From contig OY771587.1 of the NCBI GenBank assembly GCA_963674825.1, positions 256,001 to 320,000 of the forward strand: a stretch of DNA of 64,000 nucleotides, read 5' to 3'. Made by a program: the position numbers and the translations under genes. The notes below the pieces were generated by a model, which was not told the DNA's origin, made no database searches, and worked only from the letters and a program-made list of their open reading frames with translations. Below are positions 50,401-59,504 of this stretch, in pieces. Source of the stretch: Candidatus Cloacimonadales bacterium. GTDB taxonomy: Bacteria; Cloacimonadota; Cloacimonadia; Cloacimonadales; JAIOQZ01. How positions within the stretch are numbered: position 1 is the first letter of the stretch; every line of letters begins with the position of its first letter.

Positions 50401-50612
50401 GCAAGGAAATGGACCTCGATATCATGGACCGCATCAGCGTGTTCTTCATCAGCGATGACGAAATCAACGACGTCTGCACTGGCTATGCCGACTTCATCAA
50501 AACCGAAACACTCGCCGACGGTATCTTCCGCGAAGAGCTTCATCACAAAGATATGAAGCAGTGGGATATCAATGGTAAAGAGGTGTTTCTGTCCATCACG
50601 AAAGTAAAATAG
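47484..50612 (+). CDS. ileS: Isoleucine--tRNA ligase, type 2
   Basis: EGPPTANG.PGVHH, GWDTHGLP, WTTTPWTL, DWAISR.RFWG, KMSKS; IleRS2-type C-terminus; AAGGAG RBS. Confidence 0.97.
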   Translation: MYKPMDPKESPADFERRVRTYWDENGTAEKSINFRDGHPQFIFFEGPPTANGKPGVHHLISRAIKDTVCRYKTMKGFQVKRKAGWDTHGLPVEIEVEKILELNDKKAVEAYGIEKFNQKCRESVFTYEKQWQEMTRTMAYWIDLENPYITLHNSYIESVWWILNQYFTKGMIYKGHKIVPYCPKCGTPLSSHEVAQGYQDVEDPSVFVKFKAKDEENTYFLAWTTTPWTLISNAALAVHPEQEYVKVLHNEQYLILAQALLSVLDGDYEVVETYKGKDLEYREYEPLFNFIQPKEKAWFVAMADYVSMDDGTGIVHTAPAFGQDDHSLGQKYGLPVINPVMDDGTFGEVVEPWKGLFVKVADKEIIRDLKERGLLYKRQQILHSYPFCWRCKSPLIYYARDGWFIRTSDYKEQMIENNKKVNWYPDFVGEKRFGEWLENNIDWAISRDRFWGTPLNVWVCDKCGTHDSAGSIKELREKGKYEDGREVPEDIELHRPYIDEIVMTCPDCGGTMHRTPEVIDCWFDSGSMPFAQWHYPFENKERFDSELFPADFICEGIDQTRGWFYSLLAISTFVKGTAPYKNVLVNDLILDKFGKKMSKSLGNSVNPMEMMQKYGADANRWYLLYVSPPWVPTKFDPKGVEEVVNKFIGTMKNVYSFYATYANIDGFDAAQHMDSYKPTAEIDRWIVSRLNTLIQQVTQNNEQYDFTRSVRAIQAFIIDDLSNWYVRRSRRRYWALTMTDDKRDAYLTLYHAMVTVCRVMAPFAPYLAEEIYRNLTSEESVHLAEYPVIDQAVIDTELESDMQNVIDLVSLGRAARNECQIKVRQTLQTFYVPDRFKDVVEKMKDLILDEINVREIEYLKPHDELLKHDIKPNFKVLGPKVGKHMKCVAKALPEIDADHVLEAFSKNEPFVIECEGHPVRIEEEDLIFSIQQREGYVFASEKGIHTALSTVLTPELIQEGYARELINKIQFTRKEMDLDIMDRISVFFISDDEINDVCTGYADFIKTETLADGIFREELHHKDMKQWDINGKEVFLSITKVK

Positions 50613-50629
50613 CAACAATCAGATAAAGC

Positions 50630-50661
50630 AAATCCCCTGGTTAACGCCAGGGGATTTTTTT
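50630..50661 (+). terminator. Intrinsic terminator of ileS
   Basis: AAATCCCCTGG-TTAACG-CCAGGGGATTTTTTT. Confidence 0.85.
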
Positions 50662-50676
50662 AGGGAGACGCAGATC

Positions 50677-51651
50677 TTACATCTCCATCAAATCAAATAG
50701 ATCCAGCTGAAGCTCCGCCTTCATCAGGTAGTTAAAATCCACATCGTTGATCGATGTCGGTGCTGCAAGCGCTCCTGCGGTGATCAGCTCGCTATTACCG
50801 GCATCGGGATCATCCATCTTCCTGACCCAGATCGGTATCCAGCGCTTTCTCACAGCCTCCTGAACGCCCGACCATGTGCCACCTCTCAACCCAGAATGCA
50901 CTGCAAAACCCACGTCCGACAGGCAGTAGATCAGCTTGTTGCGCTGTATCGCTTTCACGGCGCTGAATCCAACCTCGGGACTGAACGGCGTAATCAGCGT
51001 TAGGCAACCTTGCAACAGATACTTGGAAAACACAGTACTGACGAGCGCTTTAAAAAGACTGTCCGCAAGGACTCCAAGTGATTCGCCGCCTTGCTCCAGA
51101 CAACCCAGCATCGCTGCCTGGTCCACGCCGCGTGCTCCGCCGGAAACGACCTGGACGTCATGATCCGCAGCCATCTCGCCCAGCTTTCTGCTGTAGGCCA
51201 GAACATCCGCCGTGGTTTTACGCGAGCCAACCACCGATAGTCCACCAGCCTTCATGCGCAGTGGTTCGCCGCAGCCAAAGAGAATCGTCGGGGCATCGCG
51301 ATCCAATCGCTTTTTCAGCACTTCGGGGTATTCTTCATCCAAAATGGTAACTTGCCAGATACCGGCCCGGCGCCACTTCTCCAGCGAGGCGAAAAGAATT
51401 TCCTTGCGTTGCAGTAGCGCTTTGATCCGCTCGTGAGTGATCGATGTATGGTTCCAACCCTTAAGCACTTCCTCGGGAGGCAATGCGAGAAGCATTTCGG
51501 GATCGATTTCCAGAAATCGCATCCATTCATGCAGTCTGTGCCACTCGCGGTTGGATAGCGGCCTGACGATCTCGTCGGAAGTGCTCGATAAACGAGCCGT
51601 GAGGAGTAATATGGCTTGTTGTAATTTATCCATATTCATCGTTATCAACAT
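50677..51651 (-). CDS. dprA: DprA/Smf-like DNA-processing protein (start uncertain, 51633-51651)
   Basis: YP..L, VVGSRK, VVSGGARGVD, RNKLIY, GGTW. Confidence 0.78.
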   Translation of the reverse strand: MLITMNMDKLQQAILLLTARLSSTSDEIVRPLSNREWHRLHEWMRFLEIDPEMLLALPPEEVLKGWNHTSITHERIKALLQRKEILFASLEKWRRAGIWQVTILDEEYPEVLKKRLDRDAPTILFGCGEPLRMKAGGLSVVGSRKTTADVLAYSRKLGEMAADHDVQVVSGGARGVDQAAMLGCLEQGGESLGVLADSLFKALVSTVFSKYLLQGCLTLITPFSPEVGFSAVKAIQRNKLIYCLSDVGFAVHSGLRGGTWSGVQEAVRKRWIPIWVRKMDDPDAGNSELITAGALAAPTSINDVDFNYLMKAELQLDLFDLMEM

Positions 51652-51658
51652 GATTCAC

Positions 51659-51765
51659 TCCCCTGATAAGGGGAGAAGAATCCTCTCGGAGAGTGGATTC
51701 AGAGGGGTTTCCCCTGATTCAGCATCCTGCCGAATTCCCCCTTTCATTCCCCCTTGTCAGGGGGA
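51659..51765. repeat. Inverted pair of short palindromes (REPIN-like)
   Basis: TCCCCTGATAAGGGGA (51659-51674) and near reverse complement TCCCCCTTGTCAGGGGGA (51748-51765). Confidence 0.55.
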
Positions 51766-51775
51766 TAAGGAGACG

Positions 51776-53320
51776 CTACTCCACGAATTTCTTATCCATG
51801 CTGCGGTATTGTACCGCTTCGCTGAGGTGCGCGCTGTTGATGTTCTGGCTGCCTTCCATGTCGGCGATAGTACGGGACACCTTGAGGATGCGGTCAAACG
51901 CGCGTGCGGAGAGCCCGAGACGCTCAACCGCTTTGCGAAGCAGCATCCGTCCCTGGTCGTCGATGGCGCAAAATTTACGAATCATCTTCGAATTCATTTG
52001 CGAATTACAGAAAACATCCGTTCCGGCGAATCGCTGCAACTGAGTCTGTCGCGCTCTATTCACACGTTCTCTAATCTCCTCTGATTTCTCGCCCGATGGC
52101 ATCGAACTGAGCTCATCATATTTTACTGCCGGTACCTCGACATGGATGTCGATCCTATCCAGAAGCGGACCGGAGATGCGCGACCGATAGCGCTGAATGT
52201 TGGTCGTCGTGCAGGTGCAGGCATGCCCGGGAATCGAATTGCCATAGTAGCCGCAAGGGCATGGATTCATCGAAGCCACCATCATGAATTTCGCTGGAAA
52301 GGCCAGGCTCTGCGTGGCGCGCGTGATGGTGACGATCCCATCCTCGAGCGGTTGACGCAGCACTTCCAGCACCGATTTTTTAAACTCTGGCAGCTCGTCC
52401 AGAAACAGAACGCCATTGTGCGCGAGCGACACCTCGCCCGGCTTGGGATAGCTTCCGCCGCCGATCAATCCGACATCGCTGATGGTATGATGAGGAGAGC
52501 GATAGGGACGCTCGGAGATAATACCTTTGCTATTGGCCGTCATGAATCCGGCGACCGAATGGATCTTGGTGGTCTCCAGTGCTTCGTCCAGCGTCAGGTC
52601 GGGAAGTATTGTCGGCAACCGTCTGGCAAGCATGGTCTTGCCGGAGCCAGGCGGCCCAATCATGAGCAGGTTGTGACCACCTGCCGCAGCGATCTCCAAC
52701 GCGCGCTTGACGTGAAATTGTCCCTTCACATCAAATAAATCCACTGCACTGATATTTAAGCTCGAGAAGATCCTGTCACGGTCCACCTGGGTCGGTAAAA
52801 TATCCGTCACACCCTCCAGAAAATCGACCACTTCGCGGAGCGATTCTACCGGATAAACCTCCAGTTCGTCGATTACCGCCGCTTCTTCGGCGTTATCACG
52901 CGGCACGATAAGCCGCTTCATGCCGTCTTTCCAACATCCCAGAGCAATCGGCAGAATGCCCCTTACCGGCCGCACTTCGCCATCCAGCGATAGCTCACCG
53001 ACAATCACCGTATCCTCCAGATGTCGCGAATTCACCTGCTTCGAGGCCGCCAGAATGGCCACTGCCATCGGTAGGTCGAACGACACACCTTCCTTTCGGA
53101 CGTCAGCCGGCGCCAGGTTCACCGTATAGTTCCAGGAAGCGAATTTATAGCCGCAATTTTTAATAGCTGCCGAAACGCGGTCGCGGCTCTCCTTCACTGA
53201 ATTGGAAGGCAACCCGACCACGGAAAATTTACTCACACCACCCTTGATATCGGCCTCGACGGACACATATTCAGCGTTTATTCCTTGAATTGCATACGAA
53301 ATGGTTTTCCCAAACATCAT
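51776..53320 (-). CDS. comM: YifB/ComM Mg-chelatase-like AAA+ ATPase
   Basis: VGLP...VKES, NLAPAD, GPPGSGKT, PHH, GE.SLAH.GVLFLDE, NPCPCG, SGPLLDRID. Confidence 0.93.
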   Translation of the reverse strand: MMFGKTISYAIQGINAEYVSVEADIKGGVSKFSVVGLPSNSVKESRDRVSAAIKNCGYKFASWNYTVNLAPADVRKEGVSFDLPMAVAILAASKQVNSRHLEDTVIVGELSLDGEVRPVRGILPIALGCWKDGMKRLIVPRDNAEEAAVIDELEVYPVESLREVVDFLEGVTDILPTQVDRDRIFSSLNISAVDLFDVKGQFHVKRALEIAAAGGHNLLMIGPPGSGKTMLARRLPTILPDLTLDEALETTKIHSVAGFMTANSKGIISERPYRSPHHTISDVGLIGGGSYPKPGEVSLAHNGVLFLDELPEFKKSVLEVLRQPLEDGIVTITRATQSLAFPAKFMMVASMNPCPCGYYGNSIPGHACTCTTTNIQRYRSRISGPLLDRIDIHVEVPAVKYDELSSMPSGEKSEEIRERVNRARQTQLQRFAGTDVFCNSQMNSKMIRKFCAIDDQGRMLLRKAVERLGLSARAFDRILKVSRTIADMEGSQNINSAHLSEAVQYRSMDKKFVE

Positions 53321-53440
53321 CTCTCCTTTCGGATAGAAATTGCGATTAATAAAGAAATATCGTCAATAAAAAAACGGAAATCCGGCTATTTTGTTAAGTC
53401 CGGCAGGCGTCTTGATTACAAAGGCGAAAAGTGTGTAAGC

Positions 53441-53477
53441 AAAAAAACTCGGGCAATCATCGTTGATTGCCCGGTTT
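53441..53477 (-). terminator. Intrinsic terminator of ltaE
   Basis: CGGGCAATCA-TCGT-TGATTGCCCG with U-tract on the minus strand. Confidence 0.7.
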
Positions 53478-53491
53478 GAAAGAAAAAGCAT

Positions 53492-54517
53492 CTACCTCGG
53501 AATAATGATTTCCAGCGTCTCAACAAAGCGATCGATATCGGATTCAGTCGTGTCCCAGGAGGTCATCCAGCGTACTTCGGAAGCGGCCTCATCCCATACA
53601 TAGAAGAAGGTCTCCCGCTGTAATGCTTCGATCGATTCTCTCGGAATACGTGCGAATACCGCGTTTACATCCACAGGGCGCGTGATTCGAACATTCTCGA
53701 TTTTCGCCGCCTTATCTGCCAGATAGCGCGCCATCCGGTTGGCATTCAACGCATTTTGCTTCCAAAGTTCACCGCCGAACAATGCCATGAACTGCGAGGA
53801 TATAAAACGCATCTTAGAAGCCAGTTGCATCGCCTGCTTCCGCACGTATTTGAAATCTTCCGATGTATATGGTGGGAAAAAGACAATCGCCTCACCGTAC
53901 ATCATGCCATTCTTGGTGCCGCCGAAGGAGAGAATATCGACACCGCGATCACTCGTCATTTCATGGAAGCTGCAACCAAGCGCTGCTGCGGCATTGCTGA
54001 TCCTGGCACCGTCCATATGTAGAAGAAGGTTATTCTCGTGGGCAAACCTACTGATCGCTTGAATCTCGTCGAGTTGGTAAAGCGTACCGAGTTCGGTGGG
54101 CTGTGTTATTGAAATGACACGCGGCTGCACATGGTGCTCGAAACCTACCTCGGTCAGGTGATGATGAATATCCTCGATATGAATCTTGCCGTCGTGACTG
54201 GGGACGTTCAGGAGTTTGCAGCCAGTTATCTTCTCCGGCGCGCCACACTCGTCCACCTGCATATGCGCTGTCTCGGCGCAGATTACTGCCTGCCACGACC
54301 GGCATACCGACTGGATCGAAAGAGTGTTTGCCGCGGTACCGGTAAAGACAAACCATGTCATCACTTCCTCGCCGAACATCTCACGGAAGAGCTCAAGCGC
54401 TTTCTTGGTATGAATATCGTCACCGTAGGAAACGGCGTGATCCCGGTTTGCGGCTGCCATCGCATCCAGCACCTGGGGGTGTACGCCCGAGGCGTTATCG
54501 CTTGCAAACATCCTCAT
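53492..54517 (-). CDS. ltaE: Low-specificity L-threonine aldolase
   Basis: FASDN, YGDD, TGTAAN, DECGA, HMDGAR, GGTKNG, SKMRF. Confidence 0.9.
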   Translation of the reverse strand: MRMFASDNASGVHPQVLDAMAAANRDHAVSYGDDIHTKKALELFREMFGEEVMTWFVFTGTAANTLSIQSVCRSWQAVICAETAHMQVDECGAPEKITGCKLLNVPSHDGKIHIEDIHHHLTEVGFEHHVQPRVISITQPTELGTLYQLDEIQAISRFAHENNLLLHMDGARISNAAAALGCSFHEMTSDRGVDILSFGGTKNGMMYGEAIVFFPPYTSEDFKYVRKQAMQLASKMRFISSQFMALFGGELWKQNALNANRMARYLADKAAKIENVRITRPVDVNAVFARIPRESIEALQRETFFYVWDEAASEVRWMTSWDTTESDIDRFVETLEIIIPR

Positions 54518-54518
54518 G

Positions 54519-55424
54519 TTATTCTCCGATCCGTTTGTATTCCGTGGGATTCCACGGCGGCTTTCTGTATGCCTTGTTTATTATTGCTGTCTCGGCTACG
54601 ACCTGTTCAATCGAATCGACCTGAATGTAAATTCCAGCGTATTTCTCTTCGTCTGACATCTCGTCATATGGCGGTTGATCCGTATCCTGCTTCTCGATAA
54701 CCAGCGTCCCTTCGATCAGATAGAATTTGTTCGGCAGCAGCGATTCAACGATCCGGCTGTCTTTTAAACGCAATCGGACGCTGATCGGCTTGGTCAATAC
54801 GGGGTGATCGGTTGGAAGCGCCATCGTCATTATCGCATCGGTCGGCAACATATACTTCGGGTAGCGGTGCTCTGCATTGTTGGCAACAAAACGAAAATGC
54901 CGGGTTCCTATGTGGTCGATCGTTAACATGCTTTGTGACTGCCTATATCCCGCGGCTGTATGGTTCCATTCGTTACGGATGATATTCACTAGCTCCCTGA
55001 GATTCAGCTCGCAGACCTCGTCCTTTTTGTAGAACGGGTATTCGGGTTCATCTTTCTTCACCGGAGGATGATAGGATATCGTATCAGTCTTTTCATAAAA
55101 CGTCATGGAGTGGTGTTCTTCGGTGCCCGGCTCCAGCAGGTCATCAAGGTCATCCTCGAATGTCATCTTCCAGATCAGAATCTGCATGATTGACATGACC
55201 AGTAGGAAAATCACGATCCAGAAAAAAATATGCACTCGCCGTTTGGCTTTGTCATCGAGATCTTTTTTCACAGACTGCGCGGCCTGGTCGATCACGAATG
55301 CCAGCAAAAGCAGGCTGGTAAAGGTAAGCATCAACGGCGGCTTGGGTGGCGTACCAGTCAGAAAGAGCGTCAGAATGGTGACCGACAACAGAAAGCCGAC
55401 CACCAGCACAATCGTCTTTTTCAT
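54519..55424 (-). CDS. Hypothetical membrane-anchored protein
   Basis: Three N-terminal TM segments and a soluble C-terminal domain; ends 1 nt before ltaE. Confidence 0.6.
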   Translation of the reverse strand: MKKTIVLVVGFLLSVTILTLFLTGTPPKPPLMLTFTSLLLLAFVIDQAAQSVKKDLDDKAKRRVHIFFWIVIFLLVMSIMQILIWKMTFEDDLDDLLEPGTEEHHSMTFYEKTDTISYHPPVKKDEPEYPFYKKDEVCELNLRELVNIIRNEWNHTAAGYRQSQSMLTIDHIGTRHFRFVANNAEHRYPKYMLPTDAIMTMALPTDHPVLTKPISVRLRLKDSRIVESLLPNKFYLIEGTLVIEKQDTDQPPYDEMSDEEKYAGIYIQVDSIEQVVAETAIINKAYRKPPWNPTEYKRIGE

Positions 55425-55478
55425 CTATCATTCCCCTTTACATTGTAAACTCATATTATCCCCATTCGCTTCGAATAT

Positions 55479-56174
55479 TCAATCCGGCAGGAAATCCCTG
55501 TTGATTCGCTGCATGCTCGCGAAGATGTTTTCCATCACGTCGATTTTTCCATGCTGCGCCTGAACCTGCCGTATCAACTCCCGAATCGTCTCGCGCTTGG
55601 TCGAACCGGCATACGGGCAGCGATCTTCCATCACGGGAAGCTGTTGCTCCTTCGCGTAGGATTCGATCAGCTTTTCCGGGATCAGATACATTGGCCTGAT
55701 AATGTGATATGCTCCGTCGAAAAGCGGTTGCCGCGGTGTCATGGTGCTGATCTCCCGCGAGAAAACCATATTCAGCAGTAGCGTTTCGACCACGTCGTCC
55801 TTGTGGTGCCCCAAAGCAATGCGATTCATGCCCAGCGACCGCGCTGTTTCCAGCAATCTCCGGCGTCTTCTCTTTGCGCATTCGAAGCAAGGATTCTCCC
55901 TTCCCGGGATATTTGCGAGGATATCCTCCTCGATGATATGTAGCGGTGCAAGGTCGCGGCAATATTCCAGAAAGCACTCGTCCGCTTCGACACCCACATG
56001 TGCAAGCTCGATTTCAATCGGAAAGCGCTTCAATAGCCGCGGTAGCGCAAGGCTGTCTTTCCCGCCTGATACGCCAACCAGAATTCGCTCACCTTCGGCG
56101 AAAAGATTCCAGCGACGATTGGCGTCATCAATATGCTCGATCAGGAGCCGTTCCAGTCTGGTTGATTCCTTCAT
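55479..56174 (-). CDS. Second TtcA-family PP-loop ATPase
   Basis: SGGKDS, PCFECAKRRR, LGHHKDD, IRP, CPY. Confidence 0.82.
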   Translation of the reverse strand: MKESTRLERLLIEHIDDANRRWNLFAEGERILVGVSGGKDSLALPRLLKRFPIEIELAHVGVEADECFLEYCRDLAPLHIIEEDILANIPGRENPCFECAKRRRRRLLETARSLGMNRIALGHHKDDVVETLLLNMVFSREISTMTPRQPLFDGAYHIIRPMYLIPEKLIESYAKEQQLPVMEDRCPYAGSTKRETIRELIRQVQAQHGKIDVMENIFASMQRINRDFLPD

Positions 56175-56278
56175 GGTCAACAAGTTTTACGACTGCGGAT
56201 TTTCCGGTCAAGCTGAAATGCAGCATGAAATCTCTTGCGCGAAAGAAGGTTGTTCGCCGGAATGCAATTGAGGTAATT

Positions 56279-57496
56279 ATGAACCCAAATCGATTTCTCG
56301 GCATTACATCGTTTGGCGAAAGCCACGGGCCTTTTATGGGTGTCGTTATCGAAGATGTCAAGCCTGGCATATCCTTTCCGTCCGATCAGCTTCGGGAGCT
56401 TCTGGCAAGGCGCAAACCCGGCAACGGCGAATTCTCGTCTCCGCGAAACGAGCAGGATGATTACCAGATCATCAGCGGCGTTCTGGATGGCAGAACCACC
56501 GGAATGCCCATCTGCATTCTGTTCCCAAACCGTGATGCCCGTTCCGAAGATTACGAGCCAATCCGCGACGTCTTCCGGCCCGGCCACGCCGATTATACGC
56601 TCTTCCACAAGTTCAAGATCTATGACTACCGTGGCGGTGGTCACCTCTCCGGTCGCGAAACCATCTGTCGCGTGGCAGCATCTGCTCTCGTGGCGGACAT
56701 CACCGCATCGATCGATGTACATTTCAAGATCATCCACCCCACTTACAAAGATGAGCTCCAGAAACTCAAAGCCCAGGGCGATACCAGCGGGGGTATCCTC
56801 GAGATCACCGTCAGCGGCCTTATGGCTGGGCTTGGCGATCCGGTCTTTGAAAAGCTGGACGCGAATCTCGGCAAAGCGCTTCTCTCTATCGGCGGGGTGA
56901 AAGGAATCGAATTCGGCGATGGTTTTCTGCTCGGAATCATGACCGGCAGCCAGGCGAACGACGCGATGACATCCTCCGGCTTTGCAAGCAACCACTGTGG
57001 CGGTATTTTAGGCGGTATCAGCACTGGCGAACCCATCGTTATCCGGCTCGCCATCAAGCCGGTGTCGTCCATCTCGCAACCGCAGCAGACTATTCGCCAC
57101 GATGGCTCGGAAGTAGAGCTCACGCTCACCAGCCGCAGTGACGTCTGCCTCATCCAGCGCATCCAGCCCGTTTGCGAAGCAATGATCAGGCTGGTTATAG
57201 CGGACGCTATTGCGCATCAACAGCTCATCGAAAACCATGAACCATCCTTGGACAACCTGCGTGAGGCTATTGATCGCATCGACGAAGATATTCTTCTAGC
57301 GCTCTGGCGCCGTGATCGTATCGTGGAGAAAATCGGTGAAATCAAAAAGGAAATGGAATGCCCGGTTTACGATCCCGAGCGTGAAGAAACCATGATGAAG
57401 GCCCTCGAAGAGAAGGCAACCGCCTGGAATATCGATAAAAAACTTGTCAAACGCGTATGGGAAGCTATTGTGGAGCATAGTCGGAGGAAACAATGA
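56279..57496 (+). CDS. aroC: Chorismate synthase fused to an AroQ-type chorismate mutase
   Basis: FGESHG, RPGHAD, SGRET, SNHCGGILGGISTG, RSDVC; C-terminal LREAIDRID...RR...IGEIK...VYDPERE. Confidence 0.88.
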   Translation: MNPNRFLGITSFGESHGPFMGVVIEDVKPGISFPSDQLRELLARRKPGNGEFSSPRNEQDDYQIISGVLDGRTTGMPICILFPNRDARSEDYEPIRDVFRPGHADYTLFHKFKIYDYRGGGHLSGRETICRVAASALVADITASIDVHFKIIHPTYKDELQKLKAQGDTSGGILEITVSGLMAGLGDPVFEKLDANLGKALLSIGGVKGIEFGDGFLLGIMTGSQANDAMTSSGFASNHCGGILGGISTGEPIVIRLAIKPVSSISQPQQTIRHDGSEVELTLTSRSDVCLIQRIQPVCEAMIRLVIADAIAHQQLIENHEPSLDNLREAIDRIDEDILLALWRRDRIVEKIGEIKKEMECPVYDPEREETMMKALEEKATAWNIDKKLVKRVWEAIVEHSRRKQ

Positions 57497-58812
57497 TTGT
57501 GCTGTCGTTACCCTATCTGAGCGGAAATTTTCTTAGTAATTACACAAAGAACATCGGCGACCGATACGATTATATCGAGTATCGGCTCGATATGCATAAA
57601 GATCCCTTTTCCCTACCGGAAGAGCTGATCAACGAACGAACCATTCTTACCTATCGCGGCGAAAACATCCCGCGACTCGTCCTTTGGATGCGTAAACAAA
57701 CCCTGCAATATCGCTGCCTTGCCGATATCGACATCGTGCAATACGAGCGCATGGTCACGCCCATACCGCCAACCCAGTTGATTCTGTCACATCACTGCGA
57801 CAAACCGGACTGGACGGTCGAATCCATTCGCGAAATCGTGCAGCTCTCCAACGAGATCCCATCGAAGATCCTGAAGCTTGCGCTTCGCGTAGAGCGCTAC
57901 GAGCAGCTTCTACAGTTCCCTGAGATCGTCACAATGTCACGGAAACCGGTGTTGATCGTGGGTACAGGCAAGCTCGGATTCCTCACGCGTGTGCTCTATA
58001 GTAGCCTCGATTCTATCGGAACGTATGTGGGACTCGACGGCTACCTCACCGCTGACGGACAACTATCCCATACGCAAGCCGAACGTTACCGCATCCGCAA
58101 CAATCGGCTAATCCCGGGCGGTATCATCGGCGGCGACCAAGTCATGCACTCGCTTGGATTGTTATATTACAACGACTATTTCCAGCAGAACGACATCGAA
58201 GCCGTTTATCTACCCTTCCCCGTAGCCGACCTGCAAGATTTCTTCGCCTGGATGGATGGCTGCGGCCTCAAGTTTTATGGCTTCTCTGTCACTATGCCGT
58301 TCAAGTCACAGTTCGCACCGGAAGGGCTACCCGCCGGAAACACAGTTATATACGGAAAGTCCGGCAAGCGAACCCTGTGCTCTGATCTGACCTCATTCCA
58401 TAGATCGATCGAATTTCTAGAGCTCGGAACCGACGAGCATATCGCTGTTTACGGTACCGGCGCAACCGCTGAGCTGGCACTGATCGCGCTGAAAGATTTT
58501 AAGAAGGTTACTGTCGTCGGAAGAAACGAAGCCAAAGCCCAAAAACTCGCAGAGCAATTTGGACGCTCACACGCACTGGATTTTCCCGAGGCAGACGCAC
58601 TCATCAATTGCACTCCGGTTATCTTTTTCCCACCTATTCCAGCGTCCATCCGTAAAGTCATCGACCTACCCTACACCATCAGCGCTACCAGCTTGATCCG
58701 CTATGCAAAGCGCGAAGAAATCGCGTATGTAACTGGTGTTCAATTCTGGGAATGGCAGGCCGAGGAGCAACGCGAGGTGTTCACGAAATCGATCGAGGAG
58801 ATACGCGGATGA
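57493..58812 (+). CDS. aroDE: Type I 3-dehydroquinate dehydratase - shikimate dehydrogenase fusion (divergent)
   Basis: IEYRLD, ILTYR, LSHH, KLA (AroD); HSL, SVTMPFK, GNT, GTGATA, NCTP, DLPY (AroE). Confidence 0.78.
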   Translation: MIVLSLPYLSGNFLSNYTKNIGDRYDYIEYRLDMHKDPFSLPEELINERTILTYRGENIPRLVLWMRKQTLQYRCLADIDIVQYERMVTPIPPTQLILSHHCDKPDWTVESIREIVQLSNEIPSKILKLALRVERYEQLLQFPEIVTMSRKPVLIVGTGKLGFLTRVLYSSLDSIGTYVGLDGYLTADGQLSHTQAERYRIRNNRLIPGGIIGGDQVMHSLGLLYYNDYFQQNDIEAVYLPFPVADLQDFFAWMDGCGLKFYGFSVTMPFKSQFAPEGLPAGNTVIYGKSGKRTLCSDLTSFHRSIEFLELGTDEHIAVYGTGATAELALIALKDFKKVTVVGRNEAKAQKLAEQFGRSHALDFPEADALINCTPVIFFPPIPASIRKVIDLPYTISATSLIRYAKREEIAYVTGVQFWEWQAEEQREVFTKSIEEIRG

Positions 58813-59504
58813 AACGGATTCTGTTCATTATTATAGCAACAACCTTAACCACCCTATGGGCGCAGCCAAAGGCTTCCATGCGTTTCGGGATCGCGTTCGA
58901 TCCCATGTTTGCCGATTCTATCTTCACCGCCACGGACAGCATTGATCAGTTGCTTGTGATGGGAAAAATCCTTCCCAGGAGTGCGGTGAAGGACAGCGTA
59001 ACCGTGCGCGATTCGCTCATCATGGACTTCGCAGTGCGTGAGAAAGCACTGGTCTATCCCATCGATTTCAGCTTTAAGAGCGACCCCACAAGGATGATCC
59101 GCTGCGGAAACATCCCTGGCATGGACAAACTGGACACATTCCGGCTTGACGACGCAACCATTCGCGTCTTTTCGCTCTATTCGCCGGATACCATCGTCAA
59201 ACATCCCATCTATAAGCCCAACCGGTTCGACTACAATCTCGTAAAGCTTGTCGATGAAGCCTTCTCCGGCAAGGATTCAACCGATTTTGACATCCTGGTT
59301 ACCAACCTTCCCAAACACGTCATCAAGCGGCTGTTCCCAAAACCACCCTGCGACTTGATCCTGTCGTTCGACTACGTTCCCACGCGCAACGAGACGCTCT
59401 TCGATGACGCGACAAGGTTCTACAGCCTGGCAACTAACCCGAAGGCAATTCTGCATATCAAGCGTGAGCAAGGTAAAACCGACGTGATCTGGCAAAGGAA
59501 ATGA
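58809..59504 (+). CDS. Hypothetical exported protein
   Basis: Signal peptide MKRILFIII...LWA; ATGA overlaps on both sides. Confidence 0.65.
   Translation: MKRILFIIIATTLTTLWAQPKASMRFGIAFDPMFADSIFTATDSIDQLLVMGKILPRSAVKDSVTVRDSLIMDFAVREKALVYPIDFSFKSDPTRMIRCGNIPGMDKLDTFRLDDATIRVFSLYSPDTIVKHPIYKPNRFDYNLVKLVDEAFSGKDSTDFDILVTNLPKHVIKRLFPKPPCDLILSFDYVPTRNETLFDDATRFYSLATNPKAILHIKREQGKTDVIWQRK

Noticed and set aside
55946..56278. N-terminal extensions in the ORF track (aroC from 55946; also cysA from 9871, ileS from 47337, rsmF from 25427, Rrf2 from 6717)
   Set aside because: The extensions overlap neighbouring genes or promoters; downstream ATGs with an RBS or gene overlap match the family N-termini
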